Below are positions 54,417 through 64,000 of a DNA stretch of 64,000 nt, in pieces. The stretch lies in NCBI GenBank assembly GCA_963705625.1, contig CAVPKG010000001.1, positions 673,867 to 737,866 on the forward strand, in the 5' to 3' direction. Within the stretch, counting starts at the first letter, position 1; every line of letters starts with the position of its first letter. This DNA is from an uncultured Actinomycetes bacterium (lineage in GTDB: Bacteria > Actinomycetota > Acidimicrobiia > IMCC26256 > DASPTH01). The position numbers and the translations under genes are program-made. Under the pieces are notes generated by a model. It did no database searches. It had not been told where the DNA came from and saw nothing but the letters and a program-made list of their open reading frames with translations.

Positions 54417-54581
54417 CTGCCGCCTCCGCTCTTCCCCTTGGCGTCTTCGAGACCCTCGATTCGGCGCTTCAGAGACGCCAGAACGATACGGGCGTTGGGG
54501 GTCATGGTGCCCCCGGCAAGGTCGAGGCGTTCCCGTTCGTCATGGGCGAGCTCGCGACCCGTCCGGCGAGGTCGGTCACGG

Positions 54582-55490
54582 TTACACGTCGGCGCGGGCT
54601 TCGGACTTGGTCGCGAGCACGATCGGTGGTGCTTCGCGCCAGCTCGCGATCCCGTCTTCGGGCAGCGCGGCGGGCATGCGGTTCTCGTGGACCTCGGCCC
54701 AGTGCGCGTGGTTGAGCTGGTGGATCGTGAAGCATGCCGCCAACGCGTTCTGGAAACCCATGTTGTCGACGCTCTGGTTCACCGACTCCTTGATGAGCAG
54801 CGCGGTCATCGTGGGCAGCGCGGCGATACGGCGCGCGAACTCGAGCGTGCGATCCGCGAGCTCGTCGGTGGGGAAGACCTTGCTCACCATGCCGAGCCGG
54901 AACGCCTCCTCGACGTCGAGCGCGTCGCCCGTGAGCATCAGCTCCTTGGTCTTCCGCGGACCGAACTCCCACGGGTGCGCGAAGTATTCCACGCCGCACA
55001 TCCCCAATCGCGTGCCGACGACGTCGGCGAAGCGTGCGTCCTCTGCGGCCACGATGAGGTCGCAGGCCCACATGAGCATGAGGCCCGCCGCGTAAACGGT
55101 GCCGTTCACCTGGGCGATCGTGATCTTGCGGAGGTTGCGCCACCGCTTCGTGTTCTCGAAGAAGTAGTGCCACTCCTGCAGCATCCGGCTCTCCGCGCCT
55201 TTGCGGGTGCCGCCGTTGATCGAGAACGTGGGGTGCGCGTCGTGGCCGCCCGGCCGCTCTGCGATCGCTTCCTTCGAACCGAGGTCGTGCCCCGACGAGA
55301 AGATCGGACCCGCACCGCCGAGGATGACGACGCGCACGGTGTCGTCCGCCTCGGCCCGGAGGAACGCGTCGTCGAGCTCCACCAACAGGCCGCGGTTCTG
55401 GGCGTTGCGGCTGTGCTCGCGGTTGAGCATGATCCGCGCGATCGCGCCATCGTCCACGGTCTCGTAGGTGACGTACTTGTACTCGGTCAT
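54582..55490 (-). CDS. Enoyl-CoA hydratase/isomerase family protein
   Basis: FSSGHDLG, AAGLMLMWACDL, GMCGVEYFAHPWEFG; AGGAGG SD. Confidence 0.9.
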   Translation of the reverse strand: MTEYKYVTYETVDDGAIARIMLNREHSRNAQNRGLLVELDDAFLRAEADDTVRVVILGGAGPIFSSGHDLGSKEAIAERPGGHDAHPTFSINGGTRKGAESRMLQEWHYFFENTKRWRNLRKITIAQVNGTVYAAGLMLMWACDLIVAAEDARFADVVGTRLGMCGVEYFAHPWEFGPRKTKELMLTGDALDVEEAFRLGMVSKVFPTDELADRTLEFARRIAALPTMTALLIKESVNQSVDNMGFQNALAACFTIHQLNHAHWAEVHENRMPAALPEDGIASWREAPPIVLATKSEARADV

Positions 55491-55491
55491 G

Positions 55492-55719
55492 TTCGCTCCT
55501 CCTGATGGGTCGCTCAACTGCGAGCCGGGATACCCGGCTCGCGGCCGTTTCGCTCCTCCTGATGGGTCGCTCAACTGCGAGCCGGGATACCCGGCTCGCG
55601 GCCGTTTCGCTCCTCCTGATGGGTCGCTCAACTGCGAGCCGGGATACCCGGCTCGCGGTCGTTTCGCTCCTCCTGATGGGTCGCTCAACTGCGAGCCGGG
55701 ATACCCGGCTCGCGGCCGT
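55492..55719. repeat. Tandem array of four 57-bp units (VNTR/MIRU-like)
   Basis: TTCGCTCCTCCTGATGGGTCGCTCAACTGCGAGCCGGGATACCCGGCTCGCGGCCGT x4 with one substitution; no spacers. Confidence 0.95.
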
Positions 55720-56170
55720 TTCCCTCCTCGTTGATGGGGCGGAAGCGCGGCATGGCGTAGGTGTCGGTGACTCTCTCGAACACGACTTGCACAGGGTTGC
55801 CGATGCGCACCGTGTCCGGGTCGCAGTCGATCACATTTGCGATCATGCGCGCACCCGCGCCTTGCGTGCCGTCGAGCTCGATCACTCCCGACACATAGGG
55901 GACGACCTCGGCGAGGTGTGGCGCGAGCGGGTGGCGCACCACGGTGAACGAGTAGATGGTGCCCGTTCCCGGAAGGTCGACCCACTCGAACTCGTGGTGC
56001 TGGCACACGAAGCAGTACGGCTGAGGGGGGAGCAGGAACGTGCCGCAGTTCGTGCAACGCGACCCGACGAGACGGCTCTCGAGCGCGGCGTCCCAGAACG
56101 GCTGCGTCGACTCGTCGGCGTAGGTCTCTCTCAGCATCGCCGGGAACACACCTTGACGGGCTTCGGGCAT
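55685..56170 (-). CDS. Zn-ribbon + OB-fold (DUF35) protein
   Basis: CTNCG..CFVC, GTIYSFTVV; stop codon lies inside the first repeat unit. Confidence 0.88.
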   Translation of the reverse strand: MPEARQGVFPAMLRETYADESTQPFWDAALESRLVGSRCTNCGTFLLPPQPYCFVCQHHEFEWVDLPGTGTIYSFTVVRHPLAPHLAEVVPYVSGVIELDGTQGAGARMIANVIDCDPDTVRIGNPVQVVFERVTDTYAMPRFRPINEEGNGREPGIPARS

Positions 56171-56175
56171 CAGAT

Positions 56176-57388
56176 CTACCTCCGCAACAACGTGCCGCTC
56201 ACCGGAAGTGAAGCGGGTCCACCGGTGACCAGCGCGATCTCCGGCGTTCTCCACCTGGTTCACCGCCACGCCGCGCAGCTGTTCGACGGCTTCGCGCACG
56301 TGCGTCATGCCGATGATGTACGCCTCGGACAGGTGGCCGCCGTGCGTGTTCACGGGGATCTTCCCGTTCGGCCACGTGTGGTTGCCCTCGGCGACGAACG
56401 GACCGCCCTCGCCGATCGGACAGAACCCGTAGTCCTCGATCTGCATCAACACGAGCGGGGAGAAGTGGTCGTAGAGCAGCGCGACGTCGACGTCGTCGGG
56501 ACCGACGCCCGCCATCTCGTACATCCGCTCGGCGACCGGGCGATGCCCGGACGACGCGAAGTACTCGTCGGGTTGCTGGAAGTAGGTGAAGATCGCGGTG
56601 CCCCACCGGCCCATGCCGCCGTTGGCCGAGGCCATCACGTACACGGGCGGATGGCGCAGGTCCCTCGCGCGCTCGGCCGACGTGGTGATCACGGCGACCG
56701 CGCCGTCGGTCTCCATCGTGTAGTCGTAGAGACACAGCGGGTCGGAGATCATCCGGGCGTTGAAGTAGTCGTCGAGCGTGAGCGGCTCACGCTGGATCGC
56801 GGTCGGCCGCCGGATGGCGTTGTTGCGCTGCGAGATCGCGATCGCCGCGAGGTGCTCGCGCTTCGTGCCGTACTGGTGCATGTGGCGTTGCGTGAGCACC
56901 GAGAAGCTGTGCCCCGGCGACATGAGGCCGGAGCCGGCGGTGAACACCATCGACGGAGGGATGCCGCCGGCGCCGTACGGGTTCCCGCCGCCACCGCCTC
57001 CCCCTCCGCCGCCGCCGGTGGACGTGCCGCCCAACCGGCGGGTGGCTTGTTGCAACGTCATCAGCGAGACGCAGACCTCGGCCATGCCGCCGGCGATCGC
57101 CGCCGACGCCAGCCCGATCGAACCGGCGGACCCACCGCCGCCCGACGTGAGGGTGGCGGCGAAGCGAACTTCGGGCACCCCCAGGATCGAGGCGATCTGC
57201 GCGGGATCACACGAGCTCGAGTAGATCGCGAACCCGTCGAGGTCCTGGATCGTGAGCCCGGCGTCTTCGAGCGCGAGCAGGATCGCCTTGCACGCCATCT
57301 CCGTGGGCGTCTGCGGCAATGACTGGCCACGCCGGTAGTACGGCGTCGCGCCGACACCGACGATTGCCGTCTTGTCCTTGATCGACAC
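56176..57388 (-). CDS. Thiolase-like protein (Ltp2-type; frameshift near 56245)
   Basis: AIVGVG, LYDHFS, VNTHGGHLSEAY; natural end ALVTGGPASLPVSGTLLRR* in the adjacent frame. Confidence 0.88.
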
Positions 57389-57393
57389 GGCGA

Positions 57394-58498
57394 TCAGAAC
57401 GCTTCGGGCGGACGGCCGACGTGCGGGAAGAGGTCGAGGAACGCGCCGATCGTGATGCGATCACGCACCGCGTCGTCGACTCCGTCGAAGAGCTCGTGGA
57501 GCACCTTCTGGGTGTGCGGGAACACGCCTTCGAGATGCGGGTAGTCGGTGCCGAACATCACGTTGGTGAAGCCCATCGCCGTCATCGCGGGGATCGCGGT
57601 CTCGTCGTGCTGGAACGACGCGTAGACCTGCCGGTTGATGTAGTCCTTGGGCGGCATCGACACCTCGTCCTGGTTGAACATCCAGTGCTGGCGGTGTGCC
57701 TCGTTCATCCGGTCGCCGAGGAACGGCGCCCACGTTGCTCCGCCTTCGGACACGAGCACCTTCAGGTCCGGGTGACGTTCGAGCGCACCCGAGGCGATCA
57801 TCATCACGACCGCGAGCTGGCCGCCGAACGTGGTGTTGACGTAGTTGATCATCGCGCCGCCGGGGCCGCGGTACTTCTGCGGCTTCTCGCCCGACTCGGT
57901 GCCGATGTGGAACGCGAGCACCGATCCGGTCCCCTCGAGCACGTCCCAGAGCGGCTCCCACTCGGCCGCGTTCCAGTGGCCGTGCATCACCGGCGGCTTC
58001 GTGGGCAGGAAGATCGCCTTGAAGCCCTTGGCCGCGCAGCGCTCGACCTCGGCGACCGAGAGCTCGATGGACTGCAGCGGCAGCGTCGCGCACGGGACGA
58101 GGCGGTTCGGCGCCAGCGCCATGATCTCGTCGGCCACCCAGTCGTTGAGCACCTCGGCGGCGGCCTGGGCGAGGTCGGGTGATTCGATCTCGCCGTACCA
58201 GAGGCCGAGCGACGGGAAGACGACCTCGCCCCACACGCCCTGCTCGTCGAGGTCCTGCATGCGCTTGCTGTTGTCGGTGCCGCCCTGCGCGCGCATCGCC
58301 TCCATCATCTGGAGGTTGGCGCCACCGGGTGCACGGTGCTTGATGACCTTGCCGTCGATGTAGGTGATGATCTCGCCGTCGACGAACTCCGAACGCGGCA
58401 TGCGCTCGGCGAGGTGCGCCGGGCATGTTGTCGCGGTAGAGGTTCGGGGGCTCGATGGCGTGCGAGTCACCCGAGTTGGTCCAGATCAGCTTGTCCAT
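57394..58498 (-). CDS. Amidohydrolase_2 family protein (frameshift near 58420)
   Basis: NSGDSHAIEP, AFHIGT, FGTDYPHLEG. Confidence 0.88.
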
Positions 58499-58517
58499 CG
58501 CGCAGGCCGCCTTCGCT

Positions 58518-58540
58518 TAGTGAAAACCACGTTTCCACTA
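58518..58540. promoter_or_regulatory. Inverted repeat, candidate TetR operator
   Basis: TAGTGAAAAC-CAC-GTTTCCACTA about 20 bp upstream of the amidohydrolase start; related sites at 52823-52845 and 62678-62699. Confidence 0.6.
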
Positions 58541-58555
58541 CGATAGCACGTCGGG

Positions 58556-59196
58556 TCAGGACGCGCGCCGAGGGCCCGGAGGCAGAACCGCAGGACGTCC
58601 TGGGTGGCGGTGGCCCGGGGAACCGGACCGCGGCCCGGACGAGTTGAGCCCGCCGAGGTCGAACACGATGGCGCGGATCATCTCGGCGTGCGGCCGGGGC
58701 TCGGCCTCGGGGAACGAGCCGTCGGCCTTCCCGGCTTCGAGCACTTCGAGCAGCGGCGCGGACAGCATCCTCGCCGCTGCGGACCGCCTCCGCCGCGTAG
58801 CCGTCGGCGCGCCGGGCACTCGGGGCGCCGAGCAGCGCGACGCGCTCGGCCTTCCGGCGGTCGAACCGAAAGCTGAGGATCTCGTCGATCCAGGCCTCGA
58901 GCTTCTCGGCCGGCGACCCGGCCTTGCCGACCCGGGCGCGCAAGCGATCGGTCGCGGCTTCGGCGTCGCGCCGGTACAGCATGAGCAGCAGCTCGTCCTT
59001 CGACTGGAAGTGCCGGTAGAAGGACCGCGTCGACAGGCCCGGCTTCCTCGAGGATGTCGGCGATCGCCACGTCGTCGTAGTCGTTGCGACGCAGCACCTT
59101 GAGGGTGGCGTCGTAGAGCAACTCCAGCTCGGTGTCCGGGTCGAAGCGGCGAGCGCGCCCAGTCCGCGCGGTGCTCGCCTGCGGTTTCGTCGGCAT
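58556..59196 (-). CDS. TetR/AcrR family regulator (two frameshifts)
   Basis: VAIADILEEAG(L)STRSFYRHFQSKDELL. Confidence 0.85.
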
Positions 59197-59237
59197 CCCG
59201 TCACGGTAGCCAACGCCCGGAGTGGGGCCGCGCAGCG

Positions 59238-61652
59238 TCATCCTCCGACGATGCCACGCGTGCGGAGATCGGCGATCTGCTCAGGGGTGTGCCCGATCTC
59301 GGCGAGGACCGCGTCGGTGTGCTGCCCGAGCAGGGGCGCGCCGCCGGTGACGCCCTCGGAGCGTGACATCGCGGCGAGCGGTGTGAGCCTCGGGTACTCG
59401 CCGATCACCGGGTGCTCCATGTCGACGAGGATCCCCATCGTGCGACCGAGACAGTCGTCACCCTCCATCGTCGCGCGCTTCAGGTGACGTCTCCGCCACC
59501 TCGACGCATGCGACGTCCTGTGCGGTGAGCTCGCGCTCCCAGTCGCTCGCGGGACGTGACATGAAGATCGCGCTCAGCGTCTCGGCGAGCGCGTCGTCTT
59601 CCGTGCCGTCCGCCAGGTCGCCGTACGGCGCGAGTGCCGTGGCCAGCTCGCTGAACTCGCGCTGCGTGGGAGCGGCGAGGAACACCCACCCCTCTGCGGT
59701 CTCGTAGAGCCGGTAGCGCGCCGACAGGCCGTAGCAGCCCCGTGTCTGCCGTGGGCACGGGCGCGCGCCCGTCGTACTCGATCATGTCCTCGGAGATCGC
59801 GTGCGCGACGGTGTTCAGCATCGTGGTGAGCATCGACTGGCCGGGCGCGCCGCGCTTGCGCGCCAGCAGTCCCAGCGCCATCGCGGTGCCTGCGCCGAGC
59901 GCCGAGAACCCGTCGGCGTGACCCACTCCGAGCGCGGCGGTGCCGAGGCGCAGTGAGTACTCCCTGATCTCGTCCATCGTGAGGTCGTCGCGCTCGGGCA
60001 CGGAGTCACCGGTGTTGCGTCGGGCCAGCCCGGTGCCGGCGCCGATCGTGGGTGCATACGCCGGACGGTGTCCGTAGGGGCCGTCGACGCCGTAGCCCGG
60101 CGCGTTGAGGTAGACGAGGCCGGGATTCAACGCGAGCAATGTCTTGTCGTCGTATCCGAGTCGATCCACCACGCCGGCGCGGAACGACTGGAGCACCGCG
60201 TCGGCCCGGCGGACGAGCTCGTAGACGATCTCGCGTCCCTCGTCGCTCGCCATGTCGACGGCGACGCTCTCCTTGCCCTGCAACACCTTGATGCCGCCTG
60301 CTTCGGGGAACGGCATGATCGAGCGCATCGGGTCGCCGTCGAGCTGTTCGATCTTGATGACGCGCGCGCCGTAGTCGGTGAGGATCGTCGTGCCGAACGG
60401 AGCGGCGTAGAACGTTCCGAGCTCGACGATGGTCACGCCCGCGAGTGGCGGCTCGGTTGGTGTCGTGCGCCGAGCGCGGTGCCCGCTTCCGGCGCGCGCG
60501 ACCGCGGAGCTCGGCGCCGTGTTCGTCGAGCGCAGGGGCCGAGCACTCGATGGAGGCGGGCGTCGCGTCCATCCGCACAAGTGGACCCGGTTGCGTCACG
60601 TCTCCGAGCACCGGATCGGTCACCGTGATGACCTGGCGGTTGTGGATGGTCTGCGGGTGGTGGAGGAGCTCGGTGCCGTGGCGGAAGATCTCGGCGAAGA
60701 CGTCGGGATCGTCGTCGAACGCCTGGTTCCACTCGGCGACGGTCTTCGCCCGCACCGCGTTGATCATCGTCTCCCAGAATTCCCGGCGGAGGTCGATGTC
60801 GTCGGAGCTGGGTGCGTCCTTCCATTTGGGATCGGTGAGCATCCACTCGAGCCCGAGCGAACGCATGAACGCGACCCACAGGCGCTCCGAGGTCTGCGAG
60901 AACTGCAGCCAGCGGCCGTCCTTGGAGAGACCGACCAGCAGGCGGTACGCCAGCGGGCTGTTGGGCACGTTGCGCGCTTCGTCGACGCGCGGCTGCGAGG
61001 TGAAGGCGTCGAAGTACTTCTTCGCGATCATGCGCACGATCCAGTTCCACGTGTCGTGCGCGCCGAGAGCCTGTACCAACGTGGACTCCACCCGCTGCCC
61101 GAGCGAGCTGTCTTCCCGCTCGTAGAGCGCGGCGAGGATGCCCTGGGCGAGTGTGTGCGCCACGCTGGCCGAGCAGTACTCGACGGTTCCGAACGCAGGG
61201 CCCGGCCTCGCCGCGAGGTTCGACAGCGTTGCGTAGCCGCCGATCTTCGCCATCACCACACCTTCGTAACCCTTCAGGTGCGAGAGGGCGTTGTCGCGAC
61301 CGAACGCGGTGATCGACCCGTACACGAGCCCGGGGTTGTCGGAGCTCAGTTGCTCGTATCCGAGGCCGAGGCGGTCGGCGACCCCGGGACGGAAGGTCTC
61401 GACGAGCACGTCGGCGTCACAGGACAGCCCGTACGCAACGTCGCGATCGTTCGCGTCGCGCAGGTCGAGCTCGATGCTCTTCTTCCCGCGGGCCCAGAAC
61501 GGCCACGCGGGCTGCGTGCGGAGGGGGCTCCCGCCGGGCGGTTCGACGTGCACGACCTCGGCGCCGAAGTCGGCGAAGAGTTGGCTGGTCTGCGTGCCCG
61601 ACAACGTGTTCGACAGGTCGACGACGCGCAGTCCGTCGAGCGCTCGGCTCAT
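59238..61652 (-). CDS. Tandem (two-domain) CaiB/BaiF CoA-transferase (several frameshifts)
   Basis: ALDGLRVVDLS..DFGAEVVHVEPPGG and PLAGVTIVELG..DYGARVIKIE; ends APLLGQHTDAVL. Confidence 0.87.
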
Positions 61653-62666
61653 GATCCCACCGATTCCTTCGCGAGGTCTGCGGCGAGTGCAGGTACCTCC
61701 GCCAGGCAGCGCAGCATGTCGTTGAGGTGCGTGCAGCACTGGAGCTCGGCGAGGGTCTCCTGCACGCTGGTGCGAAAGCCCGCGACGGGCATGCCGATCA
61801 GGAGGTCGACGTGCGGCGCGGCCCACTGGCACTCGGGAAACGGCAGGACGTGGGGTTGCGCGTGTACCGCTCGGAGCGTGTGGGTCGCGGCGTCGACCTC
61901 GGCATCGACGGTGTACTCGTGGAGCGCCAGCTCGGTGCCGTCGGCCTCCCAGCAGCTGTCACGGAAGAACGCGTCGACGAAGAGGGAGTCGCCGTCGCGC
62001 CACATGTCGACGCGACGGTGACGACGCATGCACACCGGTGGCCGCTCGGGGAACTCGTGCCAGGCCCAGGGATCGTCGGGCTCGGAGATGTCACCCGCGA
62101 GTCGCACCGCGTGCGCCTGGTCCCCACCCGTCTCGCCGCGGTCTGCGCCCAGCCCCCGGACGGAGCCCGGAGCAGATGATCCGGCCCTTGCGCATGCCGA
62201 ACTCCGCGGGCATCGGCCGGTTCATGTTCCGGAGCGCCTCGGGTCGCCACCGTGACCACACGAAGCCTGCGATCAGGCTGGTCCCCGCGACGTCGTCGAG
62301 CAGCAGGTGCAGCGGTGTGGCCGCTTCCCGTTCACCCGGGAGCGCCTCGTCGATCGCGCCGCGGAGGTACGACCCTCCCTGCACACCGACCAGCCCAACG
62401 ATTCCGGGGCGGTGAGGGACCGAGTCGATCGACTCGATGGTGCGTTCCGCGCCGACGGTCACGAGCATCTCGGCACTGCCGACGACGATCGGATCGCCGG
62501 TGCTCGGAGTGACGAGGTCGCGGGCGCGGCCGACGAGGTGCAGCGTGGAGCCGTTGCCTCCGGGCCAGACCATGTCGATGCTCGACGTACGGCGGGCCGA
62601 TCCCGGACGCCGCGGAGGAGTTCCGGTCGTCGAGTCGTCGAGCGGGTCCGGCAGCGTCTCGGGCAT
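61649..62666 (-). CDS. DUF2889-domain protein (frameshifted near 62120-62160)
   Basis: RRPGSARRTSSID, LHLLLDD, MRRHRRVD, HEYTV, LPFPEC, CTHLNDMLR. Confidence 0.78.
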
Positions 62667-62725
62667 GAGCGACAGGTTAGCGAAACGGCGTTTTCAAAGT
62701 TGCGGAGCCAGGACGAACTCGCGGA

Positions 62726-63329
62726 TGAGCGCGGTGAGCGCGAGCGGCTGGTCGCTCTGCAGAACCTCGGGCTGATCCGGTCGTTCCAGGACGCCGCGCT
62801 CTTCCCCACGCTGTCCGTGCTCGACTGTGTCACGCTTGCGATGGAGCGCAGCGAGCCCACCCGGTTCCTCCGGTCCTTCGCCGGCTGGAGCGCTCCCGAT
62901 CGGCGCAAGGAAGACCGCGCCCGCGAGCTCATCACGATGATGGGCCTCAACCGCTGGCGCGACAAACCCACCGCCGAGCTGTCCACCGGAACCCGTCGAG
63001 TCGTCGAGCTGGCGTGCATGATCGCCCTCGAGCCGGTCGTGCTCCTCCTCGACGAGCCCTCCTCCGGCATCGCGCAACGCGAGACCGAGATGCTCGGCGA
63101 GATCCTCACACCGATCAAGGAACAACTCGAACTCACGCTCGTCATGATCGAGCACGACATCCCGCTCGTGATGGGGCTCTCCGACCGCATCATCGCGATG
63201 GAGTCCGGCCAGATCATCGCCGACGGGACACCGGCCGAGGTGCGTGCCGATGCGAGAGTGATCGAGTCCTACATCGGCGCCGACACCCGCGCGATCGACC
63301 GCTCGACGATCACGTCGAGCACCGCCTGA
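62726..63329 (+). pseudogene. ABC ATPase C-terminal remnant lacking Walker A
   Basis: GLIRSFQDAALFP, LSTGTRR, LLLDEPSSG and IEHD present; upstream only a short out-of-frame MSAVSASGWSL start. Confidence 0.75.
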
Positions 63330-63336
63330 GATCCTC

Positions 63337-64000
63337 GTGCCGGAGATTCCCGTCAGCGGCCTGAAATTCCCGGAAGGACCACGCTGGCGCGATGGGACGT
63401 GGTGGTTGTCGGACCAGCTCGCCGACCGCATCCTGCCGCGTCGGCGAGGACGGGGCGGTCGAAACGGTCTGCGAGATCGGGAGTCCGTCTGGTCTCGGGT
63501 TCTCGCCCGACGGTGTGCTCCTCGCCGCGAGGATGAACGATCCCAGCATCGTGCGAGTCGAAGGCGGGACGGCGGTCGAAGCCGTCGACCTCCGTGACGC
63601 CGCTCGCCACCTGAACGACATGTTCGTCGGGCCGGACGGCCGGGCGTACGTCGACGCGTACGACGACCAGTTCGACCGGAGCTCGCACCGGCTGCTCATG
63701 GTCGCGCCGGGTGAGTCGCCGGTGGTCGTCGCCGGCGCGCTGGCCTATCCCAATGGCGTCGCGATCACGCCGGACGGCACGACCCTGCTGGTCTCGGAGA
63801 CGTTCGCAGCGCAGGTCACCGCGTTCGACGTCGCTCCGGACGGGACGTTGTCGCGGCGCCACGTGTGGGCCGCGCTCCCGAACGGGACGAATCCCGACGG
63901 ATTGTGCATCGACGCGGCAGGCGACGCCTGGGTTGCCTCGTATCTCAGTGGCGAGTTCCTGCACGTGCGAGAAGGGGGCGAGGTGATGCACCGCATCGCG
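63337..64000 (+). CDS. SMP-30/gluconolactonase family protein (frameshifts; runs off window)
   Basis: FPEGPRWRDG, PSGLGF, LNDM, YPNGVAITPDG, PDGLCIDAAG. Confidence 0.85.

Noticed and set aside
54438..54515. Hairpins between the hydratase and thiolase-like genes
   Set aside because: No second copy found in the window, and short stems are expected at this GC content.
55492..55719. CRISPR array
   Set aside because: Units are identical end to end with no unique spacers, and there are no cas genes.
56985..57020. Poly-glycine tract in the thiolase-like protein
   Set aside because: Low-complexity loop with mixed codons; no evidence of function.
55685..57388. Natural thiolase-DUF35 fusion (567 aa ORF)
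   Set aside because: The normal thiolase end, its stop codon (56176) and a GGAGG SD for the DUF35 gene are present in the adjacent frame; the fusion arises from one indel.
1..64000. Programmed frameshifting or mass pseudogenisation in about two dozen genes
   Set aside because: Single-base indels fall in unrelated genes, often in G/C runs, with otherwise intact motifs; long-read consensus error is more likely.

Overview
High-GC actinobacterial DNA; gene content suggests Acidimicrobiia. About two dozen genes carry single-base frameshifts, typical of an unpolished long-read assembly. The flanks (about 1-20 kb and 45-64 kb) are catabolic gene clusters: BVMO, SDRs, ALDH, CaiB/BaiF CoA-transferases, six amidohydrolase_2 paralogs, two thiolase-like + DUF35 pairs, enoyl-CoA hydratase, a Liv-type ABC system and TetR. 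The middle (about 20-45 kb) is a patchwork of unrelated accessory genes and remnants. It contains five same-orientation, diverged copies of a ~140-170 nt two-hairpin non-coding element; one copy is split by an inserted gene and one truncates a gene. It also has a tRNA-Ala 3' fragment, integrase stubs and a multibranch ncRNA candidate. A second repeat family (core GCGAGCCGGG-N3-CCCGGCTCGC) sits at operon junctions and forms MIRU-like, translationally coupled mini-ORFs. Several genes have lost their middles through large internal deletions. No rRNA, complete tRNA, CRISPR array or intact transposase/integrase was found. All family assignments come from motif recognition, not database searches.
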